A stretch of 64,000 nt of DNA from a virus (IMGVR_UViG_3300034092_001898:1-64000), one strand, 5' to 3'; shown: positions 35,079-46,077, numbered from the stretch's first letter. The notes: generated from the sequence alone by a model not told the origin. Made by a program: numbers and translations.

Positions 35079-38000
35079 GTGCCTAACGCGGGATACGAAG
35101 TTTTATTCACTACCAATGCCCAAAAGGTAGAGCGGGAGATTAAAAGCCTGCATCGGCAAGTTGGAATGCCGATCGTTCCGAAGGTAGAGCGGGAGATTAA
35201 AAGCCTGCATCGGCAAGTTGGAATGCCGATCATTCCGACTGTTGACCTTTCGGAACTCAAGGCGCTCAATGCTGAGCTTGATCTAAAGCAACGTCACCTT
35301 CGCCAGACCATTGCGTATTTCAAGCAGAACCAGATCAAAGCGAGCATGGATTTGTCCATGCCTGCTCTTACGCCAGCGGCACTACAGAAAGCGCTGCCGT
35401 CTGCTGAAATCAAGAAAGTCGCTCAGCAACAAGCCAAGCAACTTCAGGACGCCTTTCGATCTGTTGGTGGGCAATCAGCAGTTATTGATGTTGAAATTAA
35501 AGACTTAAGCCCTGCGAGTATTGAGGTTGTCAGGAAAAGGCTCGTCCAGTTAACTCAGCTTACAAAGCGGCGGAGGACAGAGCTTGAGCAAATGGCCGCT
35601 GTTGCGCAAGAAAAAGGGATTGCCCTTCCAAGTTTGCAAGGTGTTGCAAAGCCAACAATTAAGCAATTCCAACAAGCCTTGACGCAAGGCTTCCAGGAAG
35701 CGGGAGATGATGCGCTTATTGGTTTTGTCAATAGCTTGGCTGCGGGGAATACAAAGGCGGGAAAGGCAGCGGCAGGTCTTGGCGCGGCAGTGCTGCGAGA
35801 GCTTAAACAAGTTCTCAGGATTCAATCACCGTCAAAAGAGACAGAAGAGGATGGGCGGAATGTCGTTGACGGACTGACCCTGGGTATCAGCAGGCAGGCC
35901 GACAAAGCAGTTCAAGCGGCCCGTAACTTAGCCAAAGAAGTGGCTGCGGCTATGGACCCAGCCAACATCCCGCAAGGCCCTCGGCGGCAGGCTGCTGCCG
36001 CAGCAATGCGCACACCGGACCTCTCTGGTTCGTGGTTCTCTCAACCTGCACCGCCGCGTCAGATCGCTGATCCATGGGCCGATGCTCCGCTTTCGAGAAG
36101 AGAGCGTGAAGCTCAAATGCGAGCACAATTAAAGGCTATTGGGATTGTGCATCTTGAGCAGAAAGCTCTTGATGACCTTGCTGCTTCCTACAATCGCGTA
36201 ACCAATGCTAAGGCCAATACTGCTACGGCGGGTAATCAAGGAATTGCAGGGTTATTGCCTGCTGCTGGGCAATCTTCTGCGTCTCGGATGATTTCTGACG
36301 GCCTAGCTGGAACTTTCTTGCGGGCGCCAGACATTTCCAAGCTCAAGGCAGACGCCAAAAAGATTGAGGGAAGTAATCGCTCTTTACTTGAGTTAGGTGA
36401 TCGTCTTGCCGCGACCACCATGCGGCCTGGATATTACCGTCGCGCCATTCGTCGGGTTGGCATTGAGAACTTGCCAGTTGACATTGTAGGGGCAGCGAAT
36501 GAGCGATCCGAAAAGCCCGTAGAAGCGATGGTGAGGCGAATCATTGGCCAAAAGGGCGAATTGGAACGAGCGCTGGATCAAGCGTTTAAGTCGCCAGGGA
36601 AGGCGATTGCCAATAATGGGGCAAAGGCTGGAAAGGACTTTGCAGAAAAGCTTGCCGATGGTATTAACAGTGGTGTTGCCAATGTCGTAGCGGCGGCAAG
36701 GAGACTTTCTGGCCGACTGAACACCGCAGCGGGGGGAAGTGGTGCTGGTGGTACTGGTGGTGGAACGGGCGGGCGCGGGGGAGGCGGCGGAGGGCAAGGC
36801 CCGCAAGGTCCAGGCGACAGCGATTTACCCTTCCTCCCTGGGCGCAGACTGGGCGATGTGAGAGTGAGTGGCCGCAGGATTAAAGGCTTGTATAGCGAGC
36901 TACAGCAAATAGATCGACTAATTAACAAGACTCCCATTACAGACGATCTTTTCTCTAGGCTACAAGCTCGTGCCGGTGTTACCCAAGGCCAGATTGAGCG
37001 TGCTCAAAACATTGGGCAAGTGCAGCGACTGCGAACAAGCTCTGAGTTCTTTGAGGAAGGTTCGCTTATTCGTGTTAATAAGGCACTTCAAGCCTTGCAG
37101 ATTGAGGCGTCTGAAATCAAGCCGAACACGAAAGAATGGAATGAATATCAAAAACAAATTGCCGCATTGGGTCGTCACCTAGAAAAGACTGGAGAATCCG
37201 CACGACTTATCTCGCTGAATGAGCTTAGCAAGTCAGTTCCCCAAGCTTCTCTTACTGCATTAAGCAGCAAGCTAGAGGCATTACGGCTTCAAGTGAAAGA
37301 CTTAGAACCCAATACTGAACCTTGGCGAAGAATACAAAATCAAATCAATCAGACCACGCTGGCCTTGGAAAGGGCGAATAGAGCGGAACAGCGAAGCATG
37401 TTGATGGCGCGAGAGCAATCCGCCCCCGAAGGTTCAGTGGCGCAACTGCAAGCAAGAATTGCAAGGCGTCAAATGGTCTTGGAACGTCTCTCTCCAGACA
37501 CGGCCAAGTATTCTGGCTTCTCCCGAAAAATCCAACAGGATGAATTGCGCGTAGAACGCATCACCCGCAAGCCTCTCACGATGGGAGAGAGGAGCGGCGC
37601 TGCGGCTGGCGCGGTACTGTACGGTGGTGGCCTTGCCGGAAGCCCGCTGAGCGCTGTTGGCGGTCTTGCTGGCGGTCTTGCTGGCGGCATTCCCGGTTCA
37701 TTTACTGGTGCCGCTATTGGCCAAACGGCTGATCAACTTGTCGCCGCTGCCAGTGCCTCTGCCACCTACGCGGCTTCGTTGTCTCGCCTTAGGATTGCTC
37801 TTGCTGGCGTCAGTGGTAGTTTGGAAAACTACCAAGCCAACCTCAAGGCTATCAATAGCATCAGCAATACGTTTGGCATGAGCCTTGACAAGGTGATTCA
37901 GCCTTATACCAAACTGCAAGCCTCTGTGTTGGCGGCAGGCTATAGCGCACAAACTACAAAAGAAATCTTTGAAGGCGTTACTGCCGCCTCCATTGCAACT

Positions 38001-41000
38001 GGCGGTAGTGCAGAAGACCTTGAAGGCTCCATGCGTGCCGTTACGCAGATCTTTGCAAAAGGCACTGTCCAAAGCGAAGAACTTGTCGGTCAGTTGTCGG
38101 AGCGCATTCCGGGTGCGTTTGCTTTGTTTGCAAAGTTCAACAACATGAGTACGGCTTCGCTCAAGGAAGCATTAGAGCGAGGGCAAGTGGGGCTAGACAA
38201 TTTCATCAAGTTCAACAAGGGACTACTTGAAACCTATGGGCGGTCGGCACGAGAAATTGCCAAAGGTCCTGAATACGCTGGGCAGCGTTTAGAGGCTGCC
38301 TTGAAAAGGCTCCAAGCCTCTGTTGGTGCAGCGCTTGCCCCGACTGGCGCCGCCTTTCAGGACTGGGCCGCTGGTGTTGTAGATGCCTTTGAGCGCGTCA
38401 TCAAGAAAGCGCAAGAGTATAAACTGCTGAGCAGCCAACTTTCGCCCGGCGGCATTGTCGAAGAAATCTTGATAGGAAAGCGTACCGAGCAAAGCCTGCT
38501 TGATGACATCAAAAAGGCAAGGGCTCAACTTAAAGCAATGAAGGAAGAACTCAAGGCAACTACCCCTGGGCTTTCATACGGGCCTTTTGGTGTTATCAAG
38601 AGTCCCTACGATGTAAAGAAAAATGAAGTTACGGAAAAAGAGAAGCAACTTACCACCCTGAGCGCAGCGGAAGCAATGTTAAGGCGCCAAGAGGAACTGA
38701 CTAGGAATGAAGCAAAAGAACAGGTCATAGCGGCGGCTGAGGAGCGCAAAAAGCAATTCGCCTCCTTGGCTCAAAGCTATGGCGAATTGATGAGCCAAAG
38801 AGACAAGGATTTAGCGCAAACCAGAAAGGATCACGAAAACGACTTGCAAGAATTGAGAAAGAATCATGCAAAAGAAATGCTTGATTTTGAGGACACGCTT
38901 GCGGAGGAGCGGCGATCCACTGAGCTTGAAATTGCAAGAACTCGTCGTAGTATTGAAAATGATGCCTATGACATTGCCGCGCAAGAGCAAATCTTACTGG
39001 CAAAAGCAAGAGGTGAAGATACCGCCGTCATGGAGAAAGAGCAAACTTTTAGGCAGCGAGTGCGTGCAGACAGGGAAGCAGTACTTCAACTAGAAGAAAG
39101 TCAGATCACAAAGCAGGAAAACCGCCAAAAAGCTCTTGATAAGATGCGTAAGCAAAATGCCGAAGAAATCAATCAACGGGCGGAAGCACATGCAAAGCGA
39201 ATTAAGAGCATAGGCGAAGAATACGCAAAAAACGTGTCCAAGTTTCTCACAAAAGCAGCCGTTGATAGTGGGCAAACACTAGAGAAAACCACCCAAAGGA
39301 TTACGCTGCAACACATTATGTTGCTCATGGCCACGCAGCGGGTGCAGGGCGGCCTACATCCTTACAAAGACGCTAGTGGCAAAATTGCCGACGAAATCCA
39401 GCGCCTACAGAATAAAATTGACGAATTAGGCGGCGACTTCAAGGCTTTTCGCTCGCCCGCCCCATCGGACACTTCACCCAAGCAACTGGGCCAAGGCGGC
39501 CCGGACATGCCTGACTGGGTAATAGCGCAGGCTCAAAACAAGCCAGTCCCTGAATCCTCAAAGTTGTACCCCGCTGACAACAGGCAATACACTCCGCATC
39601 CCTATGCTATTGCAGGGCGAGATGCCAGCGGAAGGCTAATCATTGGCCCTAGGCCAGGCGCGACTCCTCCGACGCCAGGGATGGAGCAAACGAGGGCCAC
39701 TGATGCGCAACAACTGCAAAATGAAAAAGAATCACGGACCAGTGCTCGCACGAAAGACCTGATGCAGAGGTATAATGACTTGCTGGAGCCGCTAGTGCAA
39801 GCCAAGAAAACGACTGGCGAGCAAAATGATCTTATTGATATTCAAGCGGATCTTCTACATAGAGGTGTCAATCCAGCGCTGATTGAATCTCTATCTATTT
39901 CCATGCAGCAAGGCAGGCAAGCGAGAGAAGGGATTAGACAAGAGCAAGAAGACTATGCAAAAAAGTTGGCCAAGGGCGATCTTGACCAACAGCAATATGG
40001 AGAATTGATGCAGCTTGCAAGCAAGCTGAACGAGACACTAAAAGAGACGCTGGCATTGTCCGATCAAGAAATAGCCAAAAACAAGCAAATCGGAGTTGCA
40101 CTTAGGACTAATCTGGATATAGCCCAAAGAAGTGCATTGTTACGAGCAGCACCTGGCCTGCAAACAAAAACAGCGGAATTGATGCTGGAGGGCATGTGGG
40201 ATTCGGGGAAAGCCTCAAGGTTCGCCAAGGTTTTAATGAACCTAGAAGGGAATGAGCGCATTAAGGCTCAATTCACCAATCTTGGAGAAACACTTAATTC
40301 GACACTCGGAAATGCCATCGTGAATGTGACTGCAGATTGGGGTAATTTCTCTGAGGCGCTTCAAGACTCCGCAAAAACGTTACAGGATGCCTTCAAGCAA
40401 CTTGCGAATGCAATCATTAACGAAATGACTCGCGCATTGGTCAACAAGGCTGTTGGGTGGCTTATGCGAGTTGCTGGTTTTGGGGCACCATTGGTGGGCG
40501 AAGGTCTTCGTGGCGACACCGGCATTGACTTTTCGCAGTTCATGCCTCGTGGCGACACCGGCATTGACTTTTCGCAGTTCATGCCTCGTGGCGACACTGG
40601 TATTGATCTGTCACAGTTTATACCTGGTGGCGACACTGGCATTGACTTTTCGCAGTTTATACCTGGCGGCGACACCGGCATTGACTTTTCGCAGTTTATG
40701 CTTGACAATCAAAAGGCTTTTAAGTTTGCCAATGGAGGAATTGTTACTGGCCCGACTCTTGGCCTTATTGGTGAGGGGCGCTACAACGAAGCCATCATTC
40801 CAATGCCCAACAATCGGGCAGTGCCAGTGGACTTAAAGGGAAGTGTCGGCGGCAATTATTCCACCTCCATTGCAGTCAATGTCAACAATTCTTCTACTGG
40901 CGCTACTGCCGAATCGCAAATCACTGGCGATCAAGGCAATAAGCTTGCTGGAGTGCTGGATAAAGCCGTCAAGCAAGCTATCCTTAGTGAACAACGGCCT

Positions 41001-41024
41001 GGAGGACTCCTATATCGCCAATGA
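35079..41024 (+). CDS. Tape measure protein
   Basis: 1981 aa, helical; I.SPSK, Q..AKG.VQSEEL..Q..ER.PG, FANGGIV..GE...EAI.P. Confidence 0.92.
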   Translation: MPNAGYEVLFTTNAQKVEREIKSLHRQVGMPIVPKVEREIKSLHRQVGMPIIPTVDLSELKALNAELDLKQRHLRQTIAYFKQNQIKASMDLSMPALTPAALQKALPSAEIKKVAQQQAKQLQDAFRSVGGQSAVIDVEIKDLSPASIEVVRKRLVQLTQLTKRRRTELEQMAAVAQEKGIALPSLQGVAKPTIKQFQQALTQGFQEAGDDALIGFVNSLAAGNTKAGKAAAGLGAAVLRELKQVLRIQSPSKETEEDGRNVVDGLTLGISRQADKAVQAARNLAKEVAAAMDPANIPQGPRRQAAAAAMRTPDLSGSWFSQPAPPRQIADPWADAPLSRREREAQMRAQLKAIGIVHLEQKALDDLAASYNRVTNAKANTATAGNQGIAGLLPAAGQSSASRMISDGLAGTFLRAPDISKLKADAKKIEGSNRSLLELGDRLAATTMRPGYYRRAIRRVGIENLPVDIVGAANERSEKPVEAMVRRIIGQKGELERALDQAFKSPGKAIANNGAKAGKDFAEKLADGINSGVANVVAAARRLSGRLNTAAGGSGAGGTGGGTGGRGGGGGGQGPQGPGDSDLPFLPGRRLGDVRVSGRRIKGLYSELQQIDRLINKTPITDDLFSRLQARAGVTQGQIERAQNIGQVQRLRTSSEFFEEGSLIRVNKALQALQIEASEIKPNTKEWNEYQKQIAALGRHLEKTGESARLISLNELSKSVPQASLTALSSKLEALRLQVKDLEPNTEPWRRIQNQINQTTLALERANRAEQRSMLMAREQSAPEGSVAQLQARIARRQMVLERLSPDTAKYSGFSRKIQQDELRVERITRKPLTMGERSGAAAGAVLYGGGLAGSPLSAVGGLAGGLAGGIPGSFTGAAIGQTADQLVAAASASATYAASLSRLRIALAGVSGSLENYQANLKAINSISNTFGMSLDKVIQPYTKLQASVLAAGYSAQTTKEIFEGVTAASIATGGSAEDLEGSMRAVTQIFAKGTVQSEELVGQLSERIPGAFALFAKFNNMSTASLKEALERGQVGLDNFIKFNKGLLETYGRSAREIAKGPEYAGQRLEAALKRLQASVGAALAPTGAAFQDWAAGVVDAFERVIKKAQEYKLLSSQLSPGGIVEEILIGKRTEQSLLDDIKKARAQLKAMKEELKATTPGLSYGPFGVIKSPYDVKKNEVTEKEKQLTTLSAAEAMLRRQEELTRNEAKEQVIAAAEERKKQFASLAQSYGELMSQRDKDLAQTRKDHENDLQELRKNHAKEMLDFEDTLAEERRSTELEIARTRRSIENDAYDIAAQEQILLAKARGEDTAVMEKEQTFRQRVRADREAVLQLEESQITKQENRQKALDKMRKQNAEEINQRAEAHAKRIKSIGEEYAKNVSKFLTKAAVDSGQTLEKTTQRITLQHIMLLMATQRVQGGLHPYKDASGKIADEIQRLQNKIDELGGDFKAFRSPAPSDTSPKQLGQGGPDMPDWVIAQAQNKPVPESSKLYPADNRQYTPHPYAIAGRDASGRLIIGPRPGATPPTPGMEQTRATDAQQLQNEKESRTSARTKDLMQRYNDLLEPLVQAKKTTGEQNDLIDIQADLLHRGVNPALIESLSISMQQGRQAREGIRQEQEDYAKKLAKGDLDQQQYGELMQLASKLNETLKETLALSDQEIAKNKQIGVALRTNLDIAQRSALLRAAPGLQTKTAELMLEGMWDSGKASRFAKVLMNLEGNERIKAQFTNLGETLNSTLGNAIVNVTADWGNFSEALQDSAKTLQDAFKQLANAIINEMTRALVNKAVGWLMRVAGFGAPLVGEGLRGDTGIDFSQFMPRGDTGIDFSQFMPRGDTGIDLSQFIPGGDTGIDFSQFIPGGDTGIDFSQFMLDNQKAFKFANGGIVTGPTLGLIGEGRYNEAIIPMPNNRAVPVDLKGSVGGNYSTSIAVNVNNSSTGATAESQITGDQGNKLAGVLDKAVKQAILSEQRPGGLLYRQ
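35124..35237 (+). repeat. 57-bp tandem duplication in TMP (KVEREIKSLHRQVGMPI x2)
   Basis: Near-identical copies at 35124 and 35181. Confidence 0.9.
40509..40700 (+). repeat. 39-bp tandem repeat x5 in TMP (GDTGIDFSQF.P)
   Basis: Copies at about 40509, 40548, 40587, 40626 and 40665. Confidence 0.9.
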
Positions 41025-41722
41025 CGCTTGCTCCTAGTGGCATCATCAACGAAGCACGGAGTCTTGTTGAGGATACCCGCCTAGACCTTTTCATTATTGA
41101 TGGATCTGCCGTGTTCCCTAGCGCCGGTCCCGCTATTCAGTATCTTGTCAGCCCTGAGCAATCTGGCGGCCAGACCATTGAATACGTGGACGATGGCGGC
41201 ACACTTCGCACTTACCTTCCCGTGCCAATTTCTGCCGCTGGCTTTGAGCTAACTGGCAGTAACCGCCTCCCCTCTCCATCGCTCACGATTGCCAATGTTG
41301 ACCGCGCTTTTACCGTTCTTTCGGAAAGCTACGATGACTTGCTTGGATTTCGCTTTGTGCGGCTTTCTACTTACGCCAAGTTTGTCCGTCGCATTGGTGG
41401 CGGAGCGGTACAGGGTTCCTATGATGCGAGTGCGCATCATGCGCCAGACGAATGGTACATCAATCGCAAGGCAGAAGAAACCAAATTAACAATCACCTGG
41501 GAATTGGCCTCTGTGTTCGACAATGAGGGGATAACTATTCCGCGACGACGCATCTATGCCAATTATTGCCCATTCGTTTATCGCGGTCCAGAGTGCCAAT
41601 GGGCGGGAGCAGAGCCTGGCGGGGAATCAACCTGCAATAAGAGCTTAGAAGCGTGCGAGCGTAGGTTTGGAAATGCTGGGCTACGATTGCGGTTTGGGGG
41701 ATTCCCTACGGCACAGGTTTGA
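41021..41722 (+). CDS. Minor tail protein L-like
   Basis: P.P.LTIANV, EL.S.FD, C.F.YRGPEC, C.K....C..RF..FGGFP (Fe-S Cys). Confidence 0.88.
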   Translation: MTLAPSGIINEARSLVEDTRLDLFIIDGSAVFPSAGPAIQYLVSPEQSGGQTIEYVDDGGTLRTYLPVPISAAGFELTGSNRLPSPSLTIANVDRAFTVLSESYDDLLGFRFVRLSTYAKFVRRIGGGAVQGSYDASAHHAPDEWYINRKAEETKLTITWELASVFDNEGITIPRRRIYANYCPFVYRGPECQWAGAEPGGESTCNKSLEACERRFGNAGLRLRFGGFPTAQV

Positions 41723-41724
41723 CC

Positions 41725-42069
41725 ATGGAGATTACACCGACCATTCTTAAGGCCATTGCAGCACATGGTCAAGAGGATGCACCAAATGAGGCGTGTGGCG
41801 TGTTAGCGAATGAAATGGCTATCCCATGTATCAACACTTCTCCATGGCCAACCAAGCGCTTTGAGATGAATCCAACGGTTTGGCTTGATTATGACGTAGA
41901 GGGTTTTTATCACAGCCATCCAGAAGGAGAGCAAGGCTTTAGTGAGCAGGATTTGCAAATGGCCAAGTTCCTTGGTATTCCCTCCATCGTCTACATCGTT
42001 ATCACTGATACAGTGGAGATACTTAGTGAAGACGGCAGTTTTTCACGAATTGAGGGAATCAGCCAATAA
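41725..42069 (+). CDS. Tail tip protein K-like (JAB/MPN domain only)
   Basis: P.EACG, YHSHP..FSEQD. Confidence 0.8.
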   Translation: MEITPTILKAIAAHGQEDAPNEACGVLANEMAIPCINTSPWPTKRFEMNPTVWLDYDVEGFYHSHPEGEQGFSEQDLQMAKFLGIPSIVYIVITDTVEILSEDGSFSRIEGISQ

Positions 42070-44630
42070 TGAAAATTGTTCTAAAGGGCATTGCTGGCGA
42101 ACGGTTTGGGGCGGAGCATAGCCTGAATGTACGCACACCGCAAGAAGCGTTGCAAGCCCTGTCAATTCTGGTGCCAGGTTTTCGCAATTTCTTAACAGTA
42201 AGCCATGAACATGGCATCTACTGGAAAGTATTGACGAACCATTGGGGGCAGGGCATTGAATATGGCCAACTGACCATGCAATGCAGCGAAATGGTGCTGG
42301 TGCCCATTATTAGTGGTGCAGCACCTGGAGGCTTCTTTGATAGCAGCCTAGGGCGGATTCTGACTGGCGCAGCACTCGTGGTCACGTCATTCCTGCTGGC
42401 CCCTGCAGCGGCTGGTACGGCTGCCACGTTAATCAAGAGCGGCCTATTCACGTTGGGTGGCTCCATGGTCCTCGGAGGCATTGTGCAAGCCCTCACGCCT
42501 GGAGTGCCGCAACGCAAGACCAGTAGCTCTGGAGAGCGCAAGGACACAGACGCAGTGGTGTTTGATCGTGCTGCTGATACCACGTCTCAAGGCGTGCCAA
42601 TCCCCGTGCTTTATGGAAGGTACTTAGTGAGGAGTGCGCCCGTATTATCCTCTTATGTTTCAGATGACAATAAGGGCTATTGGCTGGGGCTGGTATCAGA
42701 AGGGCCAATCAAAGGCTTTGTTGGTGTTGGCCCCATCGCAGACAATGTTTATGTTAATGGCGCCAGATTTTCTGGCTTTGCTGGCTACAACGCGCAGTTT
42801 GTTGACGGCAATCAATCTTCCAGTGGTGATTACATTACGCTGGTCAAAAGTGCTGGCTTCCACATTCCAGTGCAGCAAGACTTTGTGGCGGGCAATTATG
42901 CACCAACTGTTCGCAGTTTCACTCAAAAATACGCAGATCGAATCAGGCTTAGATTTCGCTATGGTCCGGTGTATGCACAAGTTACGCGAACTACTGGTAT
43001 TAACACCAACAATGATGTTGTAACCAAGATCTCCTACTTGCCCGTCAATGGCAGCAGCGACATCACTTGGACGCCCATTGGATGGAATGTCAAACTACTT
43101 GCAAATGGTGTGCCATTTAGGGATGATAACTATTACGAAGCCGGGCCAGCTTTGGCCACTAAGATTCGCAACATTTCGTATGATTGCACGGGACGGGACA
43201 TGCCAATCTCATTGTCAGTGCAGCGCATTGACACTCCAATTCCCGAAGGACAGGAAACTAGCATCACCACTGGCAAGACCAGTAGCACTCAAGTCAACCT
43301 GACCAAAGGAGATTTTCAATGGGTGAGTGCTGATGTGGAATGGGACGAAAGACTGCTGTATCCCACGTCCGCATTGTTGGCACTGGAGTTCAACACAACG
43401 GACTTTACCAGTATTCCGCAAATTGGCATCTTGGCCGAAGGGCGCATTGTTCCCACCATTGATTCCTCTCTCAACGTTTCATACGAATACAGCAATAATC
43501 CGGCCTATGTACTGCTGGACTTACTCACTAATCCTCGCTTCGGCCTTGGTGGAAGGTCTTATACACTTGCTGGCACTGGAACAGTAGTGAATCAGCCTGG
43601 CATCAAAATGACTAATGTGAGCTTGGCCGCATTCAAGAAGGCTGCTGACTATTGCGACCGCAATAACGTACGCTTTAATGCCTATCTAGATAGTGATGCC
43701 GATTCCTATGAAGTGGTACAGAATGTTGCATCAATGTTTCAAGCGCAGGCTTTCTATGCTGGCAATTCCATTTTCCCGACCGTTGATGATGTGGTCAATG
43801 ATGAAGACTTTAGGTTATTTTCTGAGGCCAATGTCCTGCAGGAGGAGAGCGATGGTGAAATCACAACTCCAGCATTCCGCTATGAAGGCACTGCAAGAGC
43901 GGCGCGGCAAACTGCCGTGCAGGTTAGCTACAACGATGAGCGCGACTTCTTTGCTGAAAAGAAAGTATTGGTGGAAGATCGTGAAGCTATTGCCCGCTAT
44001 GGCTATCGCCTAACCGAAATCCGGGCATTCGGAGCCACCACAATTCAACAAGCCGAACGAGCGGGCAGGTATTTTCTGGCCACCAATTTGGCCAATGGTG
44101 AAACCGTATCGTTTTCGCTGTCCAGTGAAGGCGCTTTGCTTTTGCCTGGCGACCCCATTTTGATTGCCGATCCATTGAAGCATGGTTCTCGTCTTGGAGG
44201 GCGAATTATTAGCGCCACGGCATCTTCAATCGTCATTGATGGCGACTTGCCAGGTGGACTTACGGGCTATAACCTTTGGACCTATGGCAGCACTGGCGTA
44301 GCACAGCGCGTACCTGTTGCGTCAATCGTTGACCGTACGATCACTACCACCCAGCCCTTTCCATTGCTCCCTACCCCGCAGCAGAATTGGCTCATTGCTC
44401 GTGATCGTTCTGACGCAATGTTTAGGGCATACAAGGTGCAATCCGTTAAGGAAGGCGCCGGCGGGTCCTATGACGTGGTGGCAATTCGATACGATGAGGC
44501 CAAGTTTGATTATGTGAACAATGGTCAAGGTAGCCCAGCATCGGCGCAACGTGCTGCACTACGTCGCCACGATACGGACAACCTTGCGATAGCAACAAAC
44601 GACATTAGCTTTACGATCAAAGCACAATGA
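42069..44630 (+). CDS. Fused tail assembly protein I / central tail tip J-like
   Basis: N-terminal L.G....FG..L.V.TP.EA.AL, QGVPIPVLYG (gpI); YSNNPA..LLD.LTN.RFGLG, QAERAG (gpJ). Confidence 0.85.
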   Translation: MKIVLKGIAGERFGAEHSLNVRTPQEALQALSILVPGFRNFLTVSHEHGIYWKVLTNHWGQGIEYGQLTMQCSEMVLVPIISGAAPGGFFDSSLGRILTGAALVVTSFLLAPAAAGTAATLIKSGLFTLGGSMVLGGIVQALTPGVPQRKTSSSGERKDTDAVVFDRAADTTSQGVPIPVLYGRYLVRSAPVLSSYVSDDNKGYWLGLVSEGPIKGFVGVGPIADNVYVNGARFSGFAGYNAQFVDGNQSSSGDYITLVKSAGFHIPVQQDFVAGNYAPTVRSFTQKYADRIRLRFRYGPVYAQVTRTTGINTNNDVVTKISYLPVNGSSDITWTPIGWNVKLLANGVPFRDDNYYEAGPALATKIRNISYDCTGRDMPISLSVQRIDTPIPEGQETSITTGKTSSTQVNLTKGDFQWVSADVEWDERLLYPTSALLALEFNTTDFTSIPQIGILAEGRIVPTIDSSLNVSYEYSNNPAYVLLDLLTNPRFGLGGRSYTLAGTGTVVNQPGIKMTNVSLAAFKKAADYCDRNNVRFNAYLDSDADSYEVVQNVASMFQAQAFYAGNSIFPTVDDVVNDEDFRLFSEANVLQEESDGEITTPAFRYEGTARAARQTAVQVSYNDERDFFAEKKVLVEDREAIARYGYRLTEIRAFGATTIQQAERAGRYFLATNLANGETVSFSLSSEGALLLPGDPILIADPLKHGSRLGGRIISATASSIVIDGDLPGGLTGYNLWTYGSTGVAQRVPVASIVDRTITTTQPFPLLPTPQQNWLIARDRSDAMFRAYKVQSVKEGAGGSYDVVAIRYDEAKFDYVNNGQGSPASAQRAALRRHDTDNLAIATNDISFTIKAQ

Positions 44631-44977
44631 AAACAGTCACGATCACTTGGCAGCCTCCATCGTTCCTGCCCTACACGGTCCTGTCCAATGTCATGCCTGG
44701 CGCAGTGTGGGCTGCAAGCACTGCAGATCCCAGGATTGGTAGTTACATTGTTGAACGTCGCTATCGACTGAGTGATGATTTTGAACGAGTAGGCGAGGTG
44801 ACAAGTCCTTCTATTGACATCTCATTAGAAGATGCCTACGAATTGCAGGTAAGGGTGCAGACCGTGTTGGTGAATGGAGATAAAACCAGTTTTGCAACGA
44901 CTGGCTTGCGGCCTATCATGGGAATGGAGGCTTTGTTTAAGGAGCCTACCAACGTCTTTCTATTGGCCATTGTCTAA
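44627..44977 (+). CDS. Fibronectin-III-like tail protein
   Basis: VTITWQPP..Y.VE..Y..QVR.V. Confidence 0.5.
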   Translation: MKTVTITWQPPSFLPYTVLSNVMPGAVWAASTADPRIGSYIVERRYRLSDDFERVGEVTSPSIDISLEDAYELQVRVQTVLVNGDKTSFATTGLRPIMGMEALFKEPTNVFLLAIV

Positions 44978-45639
44978 TGACTGCTGTTCTTTCACTGGGC
45001 GTGGAATATGGCCTGACCGTAAGGAAGGAATATCAAGCGCGTGTTTTTACGATTGCGCAATCGTCTGGCACCACTCCGGCAGAAGTGTTCAAGGAGGGAC
45101 GGCAATACGAAATCAAAACCGTGCCAATTCCTGATGCGGCAGCAGTCAAGTTGGATGAGCAACTGGCGGCGTTGAATGGCGGGCTGTTCGTATCCCAATT
45201 TTTCATGGACGAAGTGCCGTATTACTACCGCCTTGATCCTGATGAATGGTCGTGGCAAACGATTGGACCGAATGCAAACATTGTCTCTTTCGCCGCAAAA
45301 CGATATTTTCCTGAAGCCTACGAAGTGACAGTACAAGGTAGCGCTACGCTGAGGATAAGGCGTGCCGGTTTTGGGGATGGCTACGAGCAAATCAGTAGCG
45401 ATGGCATCAATCCGAGAGGGCAGGCCTATGAGATTACTACTGTCCCACTAATTGAAAGCCATGCTCAAGCCCTTGATGCTGCACTGTCCAGTCTTAATGG
45501 CTCTTATTTCTGGAGCCGGATTGGCAGCGACACTCAGCCTTGCAAATACCGTCTTGATCCTTTCTCCTGGAATACCGGCTATGAAGGCCCCAATCGCACC
45601 AGTTTTACTTTTAAGGTGAAGCGAGCTTTTGACCCATAG
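44977..45639 (+). CDS. Minor tail protein M-like (two tandem M-like halves)
   Basis: FGDGYEQ..DGIN motif; internal repeat YEI.TVP..LD..L..LNG..F.S..YRLDP..W. Confidence 0.75.
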   Translation: MTAVLSLGVEYGLTVRKEYQARVFTIAQSSGTTPAEVFKEGRQYEIKTVPIPDAAAVKLDEQLAALNGGLFVSQFFMDEVPYYYRLDPDEWSWQTIGPNANIVSFAAKRYFPEAYEVTVQGSATLRIRRAGFGDGYEQISSDGINPRGQAYEITTVPLIESHAQALDAALSSLNGSYFWSRIGSDTQPCKYRLDPFSWNTGYEGPNRTSFTFKVKRAFDP

Positions 45640-45672
45640 GCTTGTTACAATCAGCATTGACAGTGAAAGATT

Positions 45673-46077
45673 ATGCCTCCTCTCTACGGTCGTGATGCCA
45701 ACGGCAATGATGCCTATATCAATGCGGCTGGGAGCGGCACGGCAAGTTCTCCGTATTCCACGGTGCATGATGCCGTGGCATTTGGCCTGCTGAGCGCTCA
45801 AGTTGATGGTGCGGCCAGCGCAGACGTAGTGACAGCCGTGAGCGGCTACAAGGTGCGAGTGCTGGGACTGGCCCTAACGGCTGATGCGCCGTGCTCTTTG
45901 CGGTTCCAGACGGGCGGAAGCGGCAATCTGACTCCACGGTTGCGAGTGCCTTCGGGCGGTACCGTCACCATCAGTAACGACTTGGGGCTTTTTGATACCA
46001 CGGCGGGCGACAAGTTGAACGTGGTACTGAGCGGTGTTGCCAATTATGGCGTTCTTTGCACCTACCGCTTGATTTGA
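45673..46077 (+). CDS. Virion structural protein
   Basis: Beta-rich, in tail module. Confidence 0.6.
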   Translation: MPPLYGRDANGNDAYINAAGSGTASSPYSTVHDAVAFGLLSAQVDGAASADVVTAVSGYKVRVLGLALTADAPCSLRFQTGGSGNLTPRLRVPSGGTVTISNDLGLFDTTAGDKLNVVLSGVANYGVLCTYRLI

